A stretch of DNA of 64,000 nucleotides from an uncultured Gemmatimonadales bacterium (GTDB taxonomy: Bacteria; Gemmatimonadota; Gemmatimonadetes; Longimicrobiales; RSA9), in contig CAWFKH010000003.1 of the NCBI GenBank assembly GCA_963816355.1, positions 1,440,001-1,504,000 of the forward strand, in the 5' to 3' direction. Positions 16,972-27,169 of the stretch are shown one piece after another. The notes under the pieces are model-generated. The model saw nothing but the letters and a program-made list of their open reading frames with translations. It did no database searches and had not been told where the DNA came from. The position numbers were made by a program, and so were the translations under genes. Within the stretch, counting starts at the first letter, position 1. Every line of letters begins with the position of its first letter.

Positions 16972-18828
16972 TCAGGCGAAGGGGGGAGCCGGGGGGCGGC
17001 TGGCGCGCAGCGCGTTCAGGATCACCGCGACGTCGATCGCCTCCTGGAGCAGCGCGCCGGCCGTCGGCACGATCCGCCCGGCCGCGGCGAAGCCCATGGC
17101 GAGCACGCTCAGGCCGAGGCCGGCCCAGATGCTCTCGCGCGCGATCCGCAGGGTGCGGCGGCTGATGCGCACGGCGTCGACGACGCGGCCGATGTCGTCG
17201 ACGAGGATCACGGCGTCGGCGGCTTCGGCAGTGATGCCGCCACCCCGGCCGGCGAGGGCGATGCCGACGGTGGCGGCGCTGAGCGCGGGGGCGTCGTTGG
17301 TGCCGTCGCCCACCATGACCACGTTCTCGCCCGCATCCACGAGGTCGCGCACGATGCGCACCTTGTCCTGCGGCAGAAGGTCGCCGCGCACCTCACGGAT
17401 GCCGAGGCGGTCGCCGACGGCGCGCGTCTCGAGCTCGTGGTCCCCGGAGACGAGCAGCGTGCGGTGGATGCCGAGCGCGGCGAGGACCGCGAAGAAGGAG
17501 TCGAGGCCGGGGCGCACGGCGTCGGCGAAATCGATCACGCCGGCGGCGCGTCCATCCACCGCGACGAAGGCGCGGATCCCCTCGTCGTGGGGGTCGACGC
17601 GGTCGAGCGCGGCCGCCGCGTCGCGATCCGTTTCGGCGACGAAGGAGCGCGAGCCGACGCTCACGCGGCTGCCGTCGACGACGCCGCTCACGCCGCGACC
17701 GGGCGACTCGACGACGTCGCGGGCGGGCGGCAGCGTGCGGTTGGTCAGGCGCGCGGCCTCGGCGAGGCTGCGCGCGAGGATGTGGCCGGAGCCCTCCTCG
17801 ACGGCGCCGACGAGGCGGAGCAGCGCGGCCTCGGTGAAGCCGTCGAGAGCGAGGACGCGGCGCACGCGCGGGATGCCGACCGTCACGGTGCCGGTCTTGT
17901 CGAACAGGGCGACGCGGACGCCCGCGAGCCGCTCGAGCGCACCGCCGTTGCGGAAGATGATCTGTCGCCGCGCGGCGCTGCCGATGCCGCCGATGATGGC
18001 GACCGGCGTCGCGAGGATCAGGGGACACGGCGTCGCGACGACGAGGACGGCGAGCACGCGCACGGCGTCGCCGGTGAGCGCGAACGTGGCGCCGCACACG
18101 AGCAGCGTGAGCGGCGTGAACCAGACGGCGTAGCGGTCGGCGAGCCGGTGGATCGGGGCGCGGCTCGCCTGGGCGTGGCGCACGAGGTCGACGATGCGGG
18201 CGTACTGGCTCTCGCCGGCGGGCGCCGTGGCCCGCAGCGTGAGCGGCCCCTCGCCGTTCGAGCTGCCGCTCATGAGCGCGGTCCCGGCCTCCGCCCGGCG
18301 CGGCATCGGCTCGCCGGTGAGGCGGGACACGTCGACGTGCGAGCGGCCGTCGACAACGACGCCGTCGGCGGGAATCAGCTCCCCGGGGCGCACGAGCAAC
18401 AGGTCCCCCGCGCGGATCTCGTCCGCGGCGATCTCTTCGGTGCGCCCGTCGAGCACGCGATGGGCGGAGCGCGGCGCGGCCGCTTCCAGCTCGCGGACGG
18501 CGGCGGACGCGCGGCCCTCGGCGTACCGCTCGAGCGCCTCGCCGCCGGTCTGCATCATCACGATGACGAGCCCGGCGAGCGGCTCGTTCAGCAGGACCGC
18601 GGTGATGATCGCCAGCATCGCGACGAGGTCGGCGGCGAAGCGGCCGCGCAGCATGCCGCGCAGCGTGCGCAGCACGACCGGAGCGCCCGTGAGCACCAGG
18701 CCCGCGAGCCAGATGGCGCGTGCGCCGCCGCGGCCGATGGCGAAGAAGGCGACGGCGCCCACGGCGAGGAAGGCGACGACGGCCAGCGGGTGGCGCAGCC
18801 TGCTGGCGAGGCGCGGCGTCGTCGTCAC
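16972..18828 (-). CDS. Heavy-metal P1B-type ATPase (P1B-5-like signature)
   Basis: TGE, TPCP, DKTGT, GDGTND and PTAGALLQEAIDVAVILN. Confidence 0.92.
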   Translation of the reverse strand: MTTTPRLASRLRHPLAVVAFLAVGAVAFFAIGRGGARAIWLAGLVLTGAPVVLRTLRGMLRGRFAADLVAMLAIITAVLLNEPLAGLVIVMMQTGGEALERYAEGRASAAVRELEAAAPRSAHRVLDGRTEEIAADEIRAGDLLLVRPGELIPADGVVVDGRSHVDVSRLTGEPMPRRAEAGTALMSGSSNGEGPLTLRATAPAGESQYARIVDLVRHAQASRAPIHRLADRYAVWFTPLTLLVCGATFALTGDAVRVLAVLVVATPCPLILATPVAIIGGIGSAARRQIIFRNGGALERLAGVRVALFDKTGTVTVGIPRVRRVLALDGFTEAALLRLVGAVEEGSGHILARSLAEAARLTNRTLPPARDVVESPGRGVSGVVDGSRVSVGSRSFVAETDRDAAAALDRVDPHDEGIRAFVAVDGRAAGVIDFADAVRPGLDSFFAVLAALGIHRTLLVSGDHELETRAVGDRLGIREVRGDLLPQDKVRIVRDLVDAGENVVMVGDGTNDAPALSAATVGIALAGRGGGITAEAADAVILVDDIGRVVDAVRISRRTLRIARESIWAGLGLSVLAMGFAAAGRIVPTAGALLQEAIDVAVILNALRASRPPAPPFA

Positions 18829-18941
18829 GGCCGCGCGGTGCCGGCGAGAGGGTGTCGGGATGCGCCCGACGGCGGAGGGGATGCTGCCCGATTGCCGAGC
18901 GGCGCACGAAGCCGCACCATCGAGGGGAGGAGGTCGACGCC

Positions 18942-19409
18942 ATGAGCACGGAAGAGGGACGGAGCGCCGTCGGGCTGGTCATACGCGAGCTCGGCGAGGA
19001 CGAGATGATGGGTCTTCTGGACCGCAACCGGATCGGCCGCATCGCGTTCGCGCACGGCAACCGGATCGGGATCGTGCCGGTCCACTACGTGCGCGGCGAC
19101 CGCTGGATCTACGGGCGCACGTCGCCGGGAGAGAAGCTCGACGTCATCCGGCACCAGCGCTGGGTGGCGTTCGAGGTGGACGAGGTCGAAGGCCTGCTGG
19201 CGTGGCGCAGCGTGGTAGTTCACGGGAACCTCTACACGCTGGATCCGGACGAGCCGGGCGAACAGGACGCGTGGCGCCGCGGCGTCGAGCTGCTGCGGAC
19301 GGCGCTCCCGGAGACGCTCCGCGAGGGGGACCCGGCGCCGTTCCGCACGATCGTCTTCCGCATCGCGATCCAGGAGGCGACGGGCCGCGCCGCGTCCGCC
19401 GCGGAGTGA
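18942..19409 (+). CDS. Pyridoxamine 5'-phosphate oxidase-like flavin-binding protein
   Basis: IGRIAF, GEKL, VAFEVD and WRSVVVHG; GGAGG RBS. Confidence 0.82.
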   Translation: MSTEEGRSAVGLVIRELGEDEMMGLLDRNRIGRIAFAHGNRIGIVPVHYVRGDRWIYGRTSPGEKLDVIRHQRWVAFEVDEVEGLLAWRSVVVHGNLYTLDPDEPGEQDAWRRGVELLRTALPETLREGDPAPFRTIVFRIAIQEATGRAASAAE

Positions 19410-19435
19410 GCGGCGGACGCGGCGAAGGCTCCGCC

Positions 19436-19846
19436 TCAGCCGGGCGTCTTGACGGAGTCCGTCACGGTCGGGTGGATCACTTCCTGGCCGGGTGAGAGGC
19501 GCCGCACCCACGCCATCGCCGTGTCGGCCGCGGCCTCGTTGCCGAGCGTCTTCTCCACCATGTAGACGCCGTACCACGCCGCGGTGACGTGCGGCGCGAG
19601 GCGCGCCGCTTCGCGGTAGTGCGTGCGCGCCGCCTCGTACTCCTTGGCGCGGAACGCCACGTTGCCGCTGTCGAGCTGGGCGGCGACCTCGGGCGGCAGC
19701 TGCGCCCGCGTCGGCTGACTCGAGGCGGCGGCCTGCACGCCCGCGGCGGGCTGCGTGCCGGAGGCGGCGCCATCCTTCCCGGCGTTCCCGCAGGCGACCA
19801 CGACGCTCGTGAGCGCGGCGGCGGTCAGGAGGCGGAGCGGGCTCAC
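19436..19846 (-). CDS. Small TPR lipoprotein
   Basis: Lipobox VVVAC; TPR-like LDSGNVAFRAKEYEAARTHYREAARLAP; GTGA overlap with the upstream cytochrome. Confidence 0.72.
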   Translation of the reverse strand: MSPLRLLTAAALTSVVVACGNAGKDGAASGTQPAAGVQAAASSQPTRAQLPPEVAAQLDSGNVAFRAKEYEAARTHYREAARLAPHVTAAWYGVYMVEKTLGNEAAADTAMAWVRRLSPGQEVIHPTVTDSVKTPG

Positions 19847-21387
19847 GACCCACCGCCGAGGGGATCGGTCACGTGACAGGCGAAGCATGTGGTCGGATCC
19901 TTCTTCTGTGCGCGGACCGGATCGAAGCCGGGGCCGTGCGGGTTGACGTGGAAGGCGCCCAGCGTCGAATGGCACTGGATGCAGTCCTTCTGCCTGTGAC
20001 AGCTCGCGCAGCTCTCCAGCGACTGGCGGGCGGCCTGCCCGTGCCGGATCAACCAGAGCGGCTCCGCGTCGTGGAACCCGGGCGCGAGTCGGGTGCCGTT
20101 GGTGCCGATCCCGGCCTGGACGTGGCAGTCCCGGCAGAAGACGGCCGTGTTGTGACAGTTGGAGCAGTCGAGCTTCCGTCCCCACGCCTCCGACGCGTGA
20201 CGCGCGACGAAGTCGGGAGGATGGAACGAGGCGCGCGTCGGCGCCACCCGGGGCGTCGCGGCGGCGACTCGCGCGCCACCGGGTGTCGGAGGCCGCGTCG
20301 CGCCGCTCTGCGCCGACTGGCCCGCGCGGTGGCAGTCGGCACAGAAGCGCCGCGCGTCGTGACAGGTGGAGCAGGAGGACGGCCGTGCCGCGGCGAAGGG
20401 GCCGTGCTCCGTCGCGAAGGAAGCGGCCTCGTGGCTCGCCGGCGCCCTGCGCGTGAGCTGCACGCCCGGCGCGGCGCTCTCGGAGCGCGTGGGCAGCCCG
20501 GACACCACCGTCGGCGGCCGCGTGAGGTGGCACGTCTGGCAATCGTTGCGGGTGTGGCAGGTGCCGCATGCGCGCACGCCCGCGCCGCTGCCGTGACGCT
20601 GGAGGAAGTCCGGCAGCGCGTGCGACGCGGGCGCCAGGTAGTGCGCCGCGAAGCGGGGCAGCTTCATGCTGTCCGGCGCCGCCGGCACGCGCGCGATGAC
20701 CGGATTCGCTGCCGCGTCGACGTGACAGCTGGCGCAGCGTTGGCGCGTGTGGCAGGTCGCGCAGCGAGCGGTCTCGGCGCCGGCGATGCGGCCGTGCGTC
20801 GTCGCCAGGAAGCTCCCCTCCTGGTGGTCCGCCGGATACGGCAGCGCGAGGATCCGCTCGACCGGGAACGCCGTCTCCGCGAGCGGCACGTGGCAGGTGG
20901 CGCACTTCGCGTCGACGAAGTGGCTCTGCGCGCGGTGGGCGTGGCACTCGAGGCAGCGGCCGACGATCGGCGGCTGCACCGCCATGCGGGACCCGCCCTC
21001 GGCGGTGTGGCACGACGCGCAGGCGAGGTTCTCGTCCTTCGCGTACGTCGCGTGCGACGGGTGGGTGAAGCGCAGGTTCGTGTACGCGTCGGGCGTCGGC
21101 GGCGTCCAGGAGACGCGCTTCCGATCGACGCCGTCGTGGCAGTTGGCGCACACCGGCGGATTCGGGTAGAACGCCGACCGGTCGCCGGTGGGCACGCCGG
21201 CGTGGCATCCTGTGCACACCGGGAAGAGGCGGGCGTGGCGCTCGTGCGGGAACGAAGCGCGCTGTCCGAAGATCGCGGCCCACGCGGCCCGCGTCCGTGG
21301 CGTGGTGAGCGAGCGAGCACCGATCACGCCCGCGACGCTGAGCGCAGCGAGCGAGATCACGCACAGCGTCCGCAGCCGCCGCGTCAC
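19843..21387 (-). CDS. Periplasmic 16-heme c-type cytochrome
   Basis: Signal peptide and 16 CxxCH motifs, ten of them in five paired repeats. Confidence 0.92.
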   Translation of the reverse strand: MTRRLRTLCVISLAALSVAGVIGARSLTTPRTRAAWAAIFGQRASFPHERHARLFPVCTGCHAGVPTGDRSAFYPNPPVCANCHDGVDRKRVSWTPPTPDAYTNLRFTHPSHATYAKDENLACASCHTAEGGSRMAVQPPIVGRCLECHAHRAQSHFVDAKCATCHVPLAETAFPVERILALPYPADHQEGSFLATTHGRIAGAETARCATCHTRQRCASCHVDAAANPVIARVPAAPDSMKLPRFAAHYLAPASHALPDFLQRHGSGAGVRACGTCHTRNDCQTCHLTRPPTVVSGLPTRSESAAPGVQLTRRAPASHEAASFATEHGPFAAARPSSCSTCHDARRFCADCHRAGQSAQSGATRPPTPGGARVAAATPRVAPTRASFHPPDFVARHASEAWGRKLDCSNCHNTAVFCRDCHVQAGIGTNGTRLAPGFHDAEPLWLIRHGQAARQSLESCASCHRQKDCIQCHSTLGAFHVNPHGPGFDPVRAQKKDPTTCFACHVTDPLGGGS

Positions 21388-22880
21388 GGCGCGCCTCCAG
21401 GCGGCGTCGCCCCCGGATCGGTGCCGATCGGGATGCGGAGTCCGGACCACGCGCGCAACTGATTCCAGTCGGTGGAGGAGGGGCGGCCGGCGAAGGCGTT
21501 GCGATACACCGCGAGCCCCGCGTCCAGCGACGCGCCGCGCGGCAGCGGCGCGCTCACGGACAGTCCGCCGCCGAGCACCGCCCCCTCGCCGACCCGGAAC
21601 TCCTCGATCTGCTGGAACGCCGTCGCGTAGGCCGCCACGCTCAGCCGCTCCGCCGGACTCCACCGGACGGTCGCTTCGCCGTTGCTCAGCGTGGCGCCGA
21701 AGCCGCGTTCCTGTCGATACGACGCTTCCGCGCTCCACGGGGAGGTCGGGGACCAGCGCGCGCCGAGGCCGAAGCGATGGCTCTCGTTCTCGATCGGAGT
21801 CAGCACGAGGGTGGTGCCCGCATCGCCGTAGCGGCGCAGGCCCGCGGACGCCCAGATCCCCAGGTCCGGCCGCGCCGCCCACGTCGCCGTGAGGTCGCCC
21901 TCGTCATAGCCCACGGGGCTGAAGTAGCCCCAGATCGTCCACAGCTCGAAATACGGGATGTAGTGCCGGTACGCGGCATCGACCACCAGGCGGAAGCGCG
22001 GCACCGGCGCGTGCAGCGACAGGCGCGCCTTGCCCAGGTGCCCGAAAGCGAAATCGTAGTCGACGGCGCCGCTCAGCGTGAATCCGGCGCGCAGCGGAGC
22101 CGCCAGGGAGAGCGAAGCGCGCTCCGAGAGCAGTCCGGAGCGGTCGGACCAGATCTCGCGCTGGTAGCGGGCGTCGACGCTCGCGCCGAACGCGCTCACC
22201 TCCGCGTCCGCGCCGAGGATGTACGCGTTGCGGTCCGGCACGAAGTCCTCGACGCCGCGGAGCGCATCGTTGCGGGGCTCGGAGAGTCCCTGGGCGAGGC
22301 TGCGTCCGCCGTACCCCTCGACCCGGAGCCAGGGCAGCGGATCGAGCAGGAGGCTGGCGCCGTCGAAGCTCGCGAAGCCGAGCCCGGAATACGTCTCCTG
22401 GCGGCCGACACGGACGCGGTAGCGGGCGCGGGTCAGCTCGGCATAGGCGAGGATCGCGTCGAACGCGTCGTCGCCGCGCGGCCAGGTGAACGCTCCGCCG
22501 AGATCCGCGCGGGCACGCAGGAGCGCCGTCGCGCTGAGCCCCTCGACGCCGAGGCCCCAGGCGGTGAGGCTGACGTCCTGCGTGAGCTCGAAGGCGTGCT
22601 CGGTGTCCGCCGAGCGGTAGAAGGTGCACTGGAAGTCGCCGACGCAGAAGACCGGGTGCCCCTGGAACTCGAGCGACCCGCCGGCGCCGACGATGACCTG
22701 GTCGCGCGGCACGCTGTCCCGTACGAGCGGCCGGATCGAGACGTAGCGCCCGAGCGTGACCGCCTGCCCTCGCACGCCCTGCCCGCTCGCGCTCGAAACG
22801 AACGGCGGACCGCCCGTGGCCGCCGCCACCAGGGCGACGACCAGGGCAGTCCGCGTCCACGTCCCTCTGCTACTGGCCAT
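21384..22880 (-). CDS. Outer-membrane beta-barrel protein (porin-cytochrome conduit porin candidate)
   Basis: Signal peptide, alternating beta-strand pattern rich in aromatics, located between two multiheme cytochromes. Confidence 0.72.
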   Translation of the reverse strand: MASSRGTWTRTALVVALVAAATGGPPFVSSASGQGVRGQAVTLGRYVSIRPLVRDSVPRDQVIVGAGGSLEFQGHPVFCVGDFQCTFYRSADTEHAFELTQDVSLTAWGLGVEGLSATALLRARADLGGAFTWPRGDDAFDAILAYAELTRARYRVRVGRQETYSGLGFASFDGASLLLDPLPWLRVEGYGGRSLAQGLSEPRNDALRGVEDFVPDRNAYILGADAEVSAFGASVDARYQREIWSDRSGLLSERASLSLAAPLRAGFTLSGAVDYDFAFGHLGKARLSLHAPVPRFRLVVDAAYRHYIPYFELWTIWGYFSPVGYDEGDLTATWAARPDLGIWASAGLRRYGDAGTTLVLTPIENESHRFGLGARWSPTSPWSAEASYRQERGFGATLSNGEATVRWSPAERLSVAAYATAFQQIEEFRVGEGAVLGGGLSVSAPLPRGASLDAGLAVYRNAFAGRPSSTDWNQLRAWSGLRIPIGTDPGATPPGGAP

Positions 22881-22923
22881 GGCAGTCGTGAGCCGTCGGA
22901 GAGTCAAGCGTCTCCGTCTCGTC

Positions 22924-24408
22924 TCACTTCTGCTTCGGCAGGATGTTGTCCAGCACGATGTTCGCCGATGGGGCGACACCGTATTCCTTCTCGACCGCCT
23001 TGATGCTGGCCGTGAGCAGCGCCTCCATCAGGAACGGGTTGTGGACGGCCGAGCCAGGGAAGTAGATGCCCGTGTTCAGATCGTAGTTGAACGCCGCACC
23101 CTCGGCCGTGCTGTACGTGCCATCGCTGCCGTTGAAGGGCGAGCCGGCCGGACAGTTGTTCGCGCCGCGGCACGCCTTCCAGTTCGGCTGCACCTTCTCG
23201 AGCAGACCGTTCAGCTCGTCCGTCAGCGACTCGATGCGGACCTCCGTCGTGGCCAGCAGCGAGCGCGCCACCTGCTCCGTGCCGTGGCAGCCGGACGCGG
23301 TGCACGCCTTGAAGGTGCGCTGCGACGTTTCGCAGTCGCCCAGCGTCGGCGCGCCGTCGGGTCCGAGGCACGGGATCGCATTGAAGAGATGCCCGGTGGA
23401 GAAGATCGTGGTGCCGGTCGCCGGGTCCGTCGCCGAGTACTGGTTCACGTGGCACGAAGCGCACAGCCGCGGGTTCGCGCTGCTGCCGTGCGTCGCCACG
23501 ATGGTGTCGGCGGCGAATTCCACGTTCCCGGGCCACCAGCCGCCGTAGCCGAGCAGCACCGGCCCCTCGGGCGAATGCGGCCCGCGGAAGGTGGTCGGAT
23601 CCGGCACGCCACGCTTGTGGTGGCACTTCATGCACAGATTCTCCTCCTCGCTCGTCGCGCCGACGTCGAAGCGGAGCTGGCCCTCGAAGTTCTTCTCGTG
23701 CGGGTCGTGGCAGACGCCGCACGCGATCGGCAGATGATTGCCGGTACCGAGCTCGTCCTTCTCCAGGAAGTTGGCGTTGATGCCCCACGCCGCCAGCGCG
23801 CCCTCGCCGGTGTGGCAGCCCTGACAGGACGGGTTGTCGCCGGTGTGTCCCTGGTTCGGGACCGCGCCGTGCGCCGACTGCGCCCACTCCTCGACGAACG
23901 GATGGTGCTCGCCCTGGTGGCACTCGCCACAGCCCTTCGTGAGGTCGATGCCGACCGCCAGCGGCGCCAGCGGCACCGTCGTGGTCGTGGGATTCTGTAC
24001 GTGGTTCAGACCGGGGCCATGGCAGCTCTCGCACTGCACGTCCTTATAGCGCTCGTCCGCCACGGCGAGAAAGCCCGCGTTCCCTTCGGTCGGGTTCCCC
24101 TGCTCGTTGACGGTGTGGCAAGCTTCGCAGGTGCTCGTGGCGTGACCGCTGGCCTGGAGGTCTTCCCACGCCGTGGCGTGGACCGTGCCCTCCCACTCGT
24201 GCTGCTTCTCGACGTGGCAGTTGCCACAGACGGTCAGCTTGGCCGAGACGTCACTGTAGCCCAGGAAGTTCGCTGCGCCGGACGGCGGTGTCTGGAAGAG
24301 CTCCCGGTCCCGGTACACCACCTTCTCGCCCAGACAGCCCGCCAGAAAGGCGACGCCGGCCAGGACCGGGATCCAGCGCGCAATCACGCGCGTACGGGAT
24401 ACACTCAT
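22924..24408 (-). CDS. Multiheme c-type cytochrome lipoprotein (8 CxxCH plus 1 CX4CH)
   Basis: GGAGG RBS, lipobox FLAGC, heme motifs, C-terminal helical region with HNP. Confidence 0.92.
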   Translation of the reverse strand: MSVSRTRVIARWIPVLAGVAFLAGCLGEKVVYRDRELFQTPPSGAANFLGYSDVSAKLTVCGNCHVEKQHEWEGTVHATAWEDLQASGHATSTCEACHTVNEQGNPTEGNAGFLAVADERYKDVQCESCHGPGLNHVQNPTTTTVPLAPLAVGIDLTKGCGECHQGEHHPFVEEWAQSAHGAVPNQGHTGDNPSCQGCHTGEGALAAWGINANFLEKDELGTGNHLPIACGVCHDPHEKNFEGQLRFDVGATSEEENLCMKCHHKRGVPDPTTFRGPHSPEGPVLLGYGGWWPGNVEFAADTIVATHGSSANPRLCASCHVNQYSATDPATGTTIFSTGHLFNAIPCLGPDGAPTLGDCETSQRTFKACTASGCHGTEQVARSLLATTEVRIESLTDELNGLLEKVQPNWKACRGANNCPAGSPFNGSDGTYSTAEGAAFNYDLNTGIYFPGSAVHNPFLMEALLTASIKAVEKEYGVAPSANIVLDNILPKQK

Positions 24409-24504
24409 CGTTGTCCTCCAGCACGTCAGCGGTTTATGACGCCCGCGCGTTGCTCCGCGGGCCTGCGACCGGTCCAGCTCGCCGGCGTCGCCTCCCGGCT
24501 TCCT

Positions 24505-24644
24505 CACCCCATGTGTCCTACAATATCGGACGAATAATTGCGAAACACAAGGATTTCATGGATTTCGACTGACATTTCTTTACATTATGTCGTCCACCTC
24601 CTTACTTTCATTTGTTCCTGTCCGGACATTCCCGACGCACAATG
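24505..24644 (-). promoter_or_regulatory. AT-rich promoter/regulatory region of the cytochrome operon
   Basis: Sharp local drop in GC, GGATTTC direct repeat, CTGACATT/AATGTCAG inverted pair. Confidence 0.5.
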
Positions 24645-25729
24645 TCAGCAGATCCGGGGGAGCTGGTCGCCGGGCAGCATGTCGACGACCCGCGTGCCGC
24701 CCAGCCCCGTGCGCAGCACGACCATCCCCGCGTGTGCGGCGACGACGGCACCGATGCGCGCGGCGCCGCGGCCGAGCGGATGCGAACGCAGGAGCGCGAG
24801 CGCCTGCTCGGCGAAGGGCTCCGCGACCAGGGTCACGAGGAGGCCTTCGTTGGCGACGTAGAGCGGATCGAAACCCAGCACCTCGCAGGCGGCGGCGACC
24901 GGCTCCGGAACCGGAAGCGCCGCGTCGACCAGCTCGACGCCGACGCCGGCGGCGGCGGCGATCTCGTTGAGGGCGCTGGCGAGGCCGCCGCGGGTCGGGT
25001 CGCGCAGGGTGCGGACGGCGTCGCCGGGGAGCTGGCGCAGGAGGCGGACGAGCGGGAGCAGCGTGGCGGAGTCGCTCTCGATGTCGACGTCGAAGTCGAG
25101 GCCCTCGCGGGACGCCATGATGGCGATTCCGTGGCGGCCGACGGGGCCGCTGACGAGGACGGCGTCGCCGGCGCGGGCGCGCTCGGGCGCGGGTCGGAAA
25201 TCCGGCTGCACGAGGCCGATGCCGGTGGTGTTGATGAAGAGGCCGTCGGCCTTGCCGCGCTCGACGACCTTGGTGTCGCCGGTGACGAGCGGGACGCCGG
25301 CGTCGCGCGCCGCGGCCGCCATGGCGTCGAGGATGCGGTCGAGGAGATCGAAGCGGAGGCCCTCCTCGAGGATGAAGCCGGCGGAGAGGCAGATCGGCTC
25401 GGCGCCCATCATGGCGACGTCGTTGAGCGTGCCGTGCACGGCGAGGGAGCCGATGTTGCCGCCGGGGAACTCGAGCGGCTGCACGACGAACGTGTCGGTC
25501 GAGACGGCGAGCTCGCCGCCGTGCGCCGTGACGATGGCGGCGTCGCCGAGCCGCTCCAGGGCGTCGTTGCGGAAGCGGGGCAGGAAGCGCTCGCGCAAGA
25601 GGGTCGCGCTGAGCTTGCCGCCGGAGCCGTGGCCGAGGAGGACGCGGTCGCCGGCGGCGAGCGGCGCGGGACAGACCGGTCCGTCGGCGAGGGAGGGGCG
25701 CGCGTCCCGGACGGAGGCATCGACGCGGC

Positions 25730-25733
<4 letters not shown>
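24645..25733 (-). CDS. hypE: Hydrogenase maturation protein HypE
   Basis: [27 protein letters not shown] and C-terminal LPRIC. Confidence 0.96.
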
Positions 25734-26844
<1,111 letters not shown>

Positions 26845-26848
<4 letters not shown>

Positions 26849-27165
26849 GCGACGTCCTCCGCGCCGGCGGCGGCGGGCGGGGCGGCGACGGCCGCCGCGG
26901 CGTCGGCCACGTCGCCGAGCCACTCCAGCTCGTCGAGCTGGCTCATCTCGCGCAGCACTTCGTAGGTCCGTCTCGCCTCCGCTTCGTCGACCTTCGAGAT
27001 CGCGAATCCGACGTGCACGATGACGTAGTCGCCGAGCGCGACCTCGTCGGCGACGTAGGCGAGGCAGACGTCGCGGCGCACGCCGCCGAAGTCGACGACG
27101 CCCATGGCGAGTCCGCCCTCGGCGTCGCGGCGCTCGATGATCCTGCCGGGAATCCCGAGACACAT
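26845..27165 (-). CDS. hypC: Hydrogenase chaperone HypC
   Basis: [19 protein letters not shown]. Confidence 0.96.
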
Positions 27166-27169
27166 GGTG

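Noticed and set aside
15724..18945. 1073-aa plus-strand ORF and similar long ORFs (27104-29653, 44385-47021, 2335-4284)
   Set aside because: Antisense or off-frame shadows of real genes, expected at this GC content; Arg/Gly-rich with no motifs
22924..24408. NrfA or octaheme nitrite reductase
   Set aside because: No CxxCK catalytic heme motif, and the context is a porin rather than NrfH/NrfD
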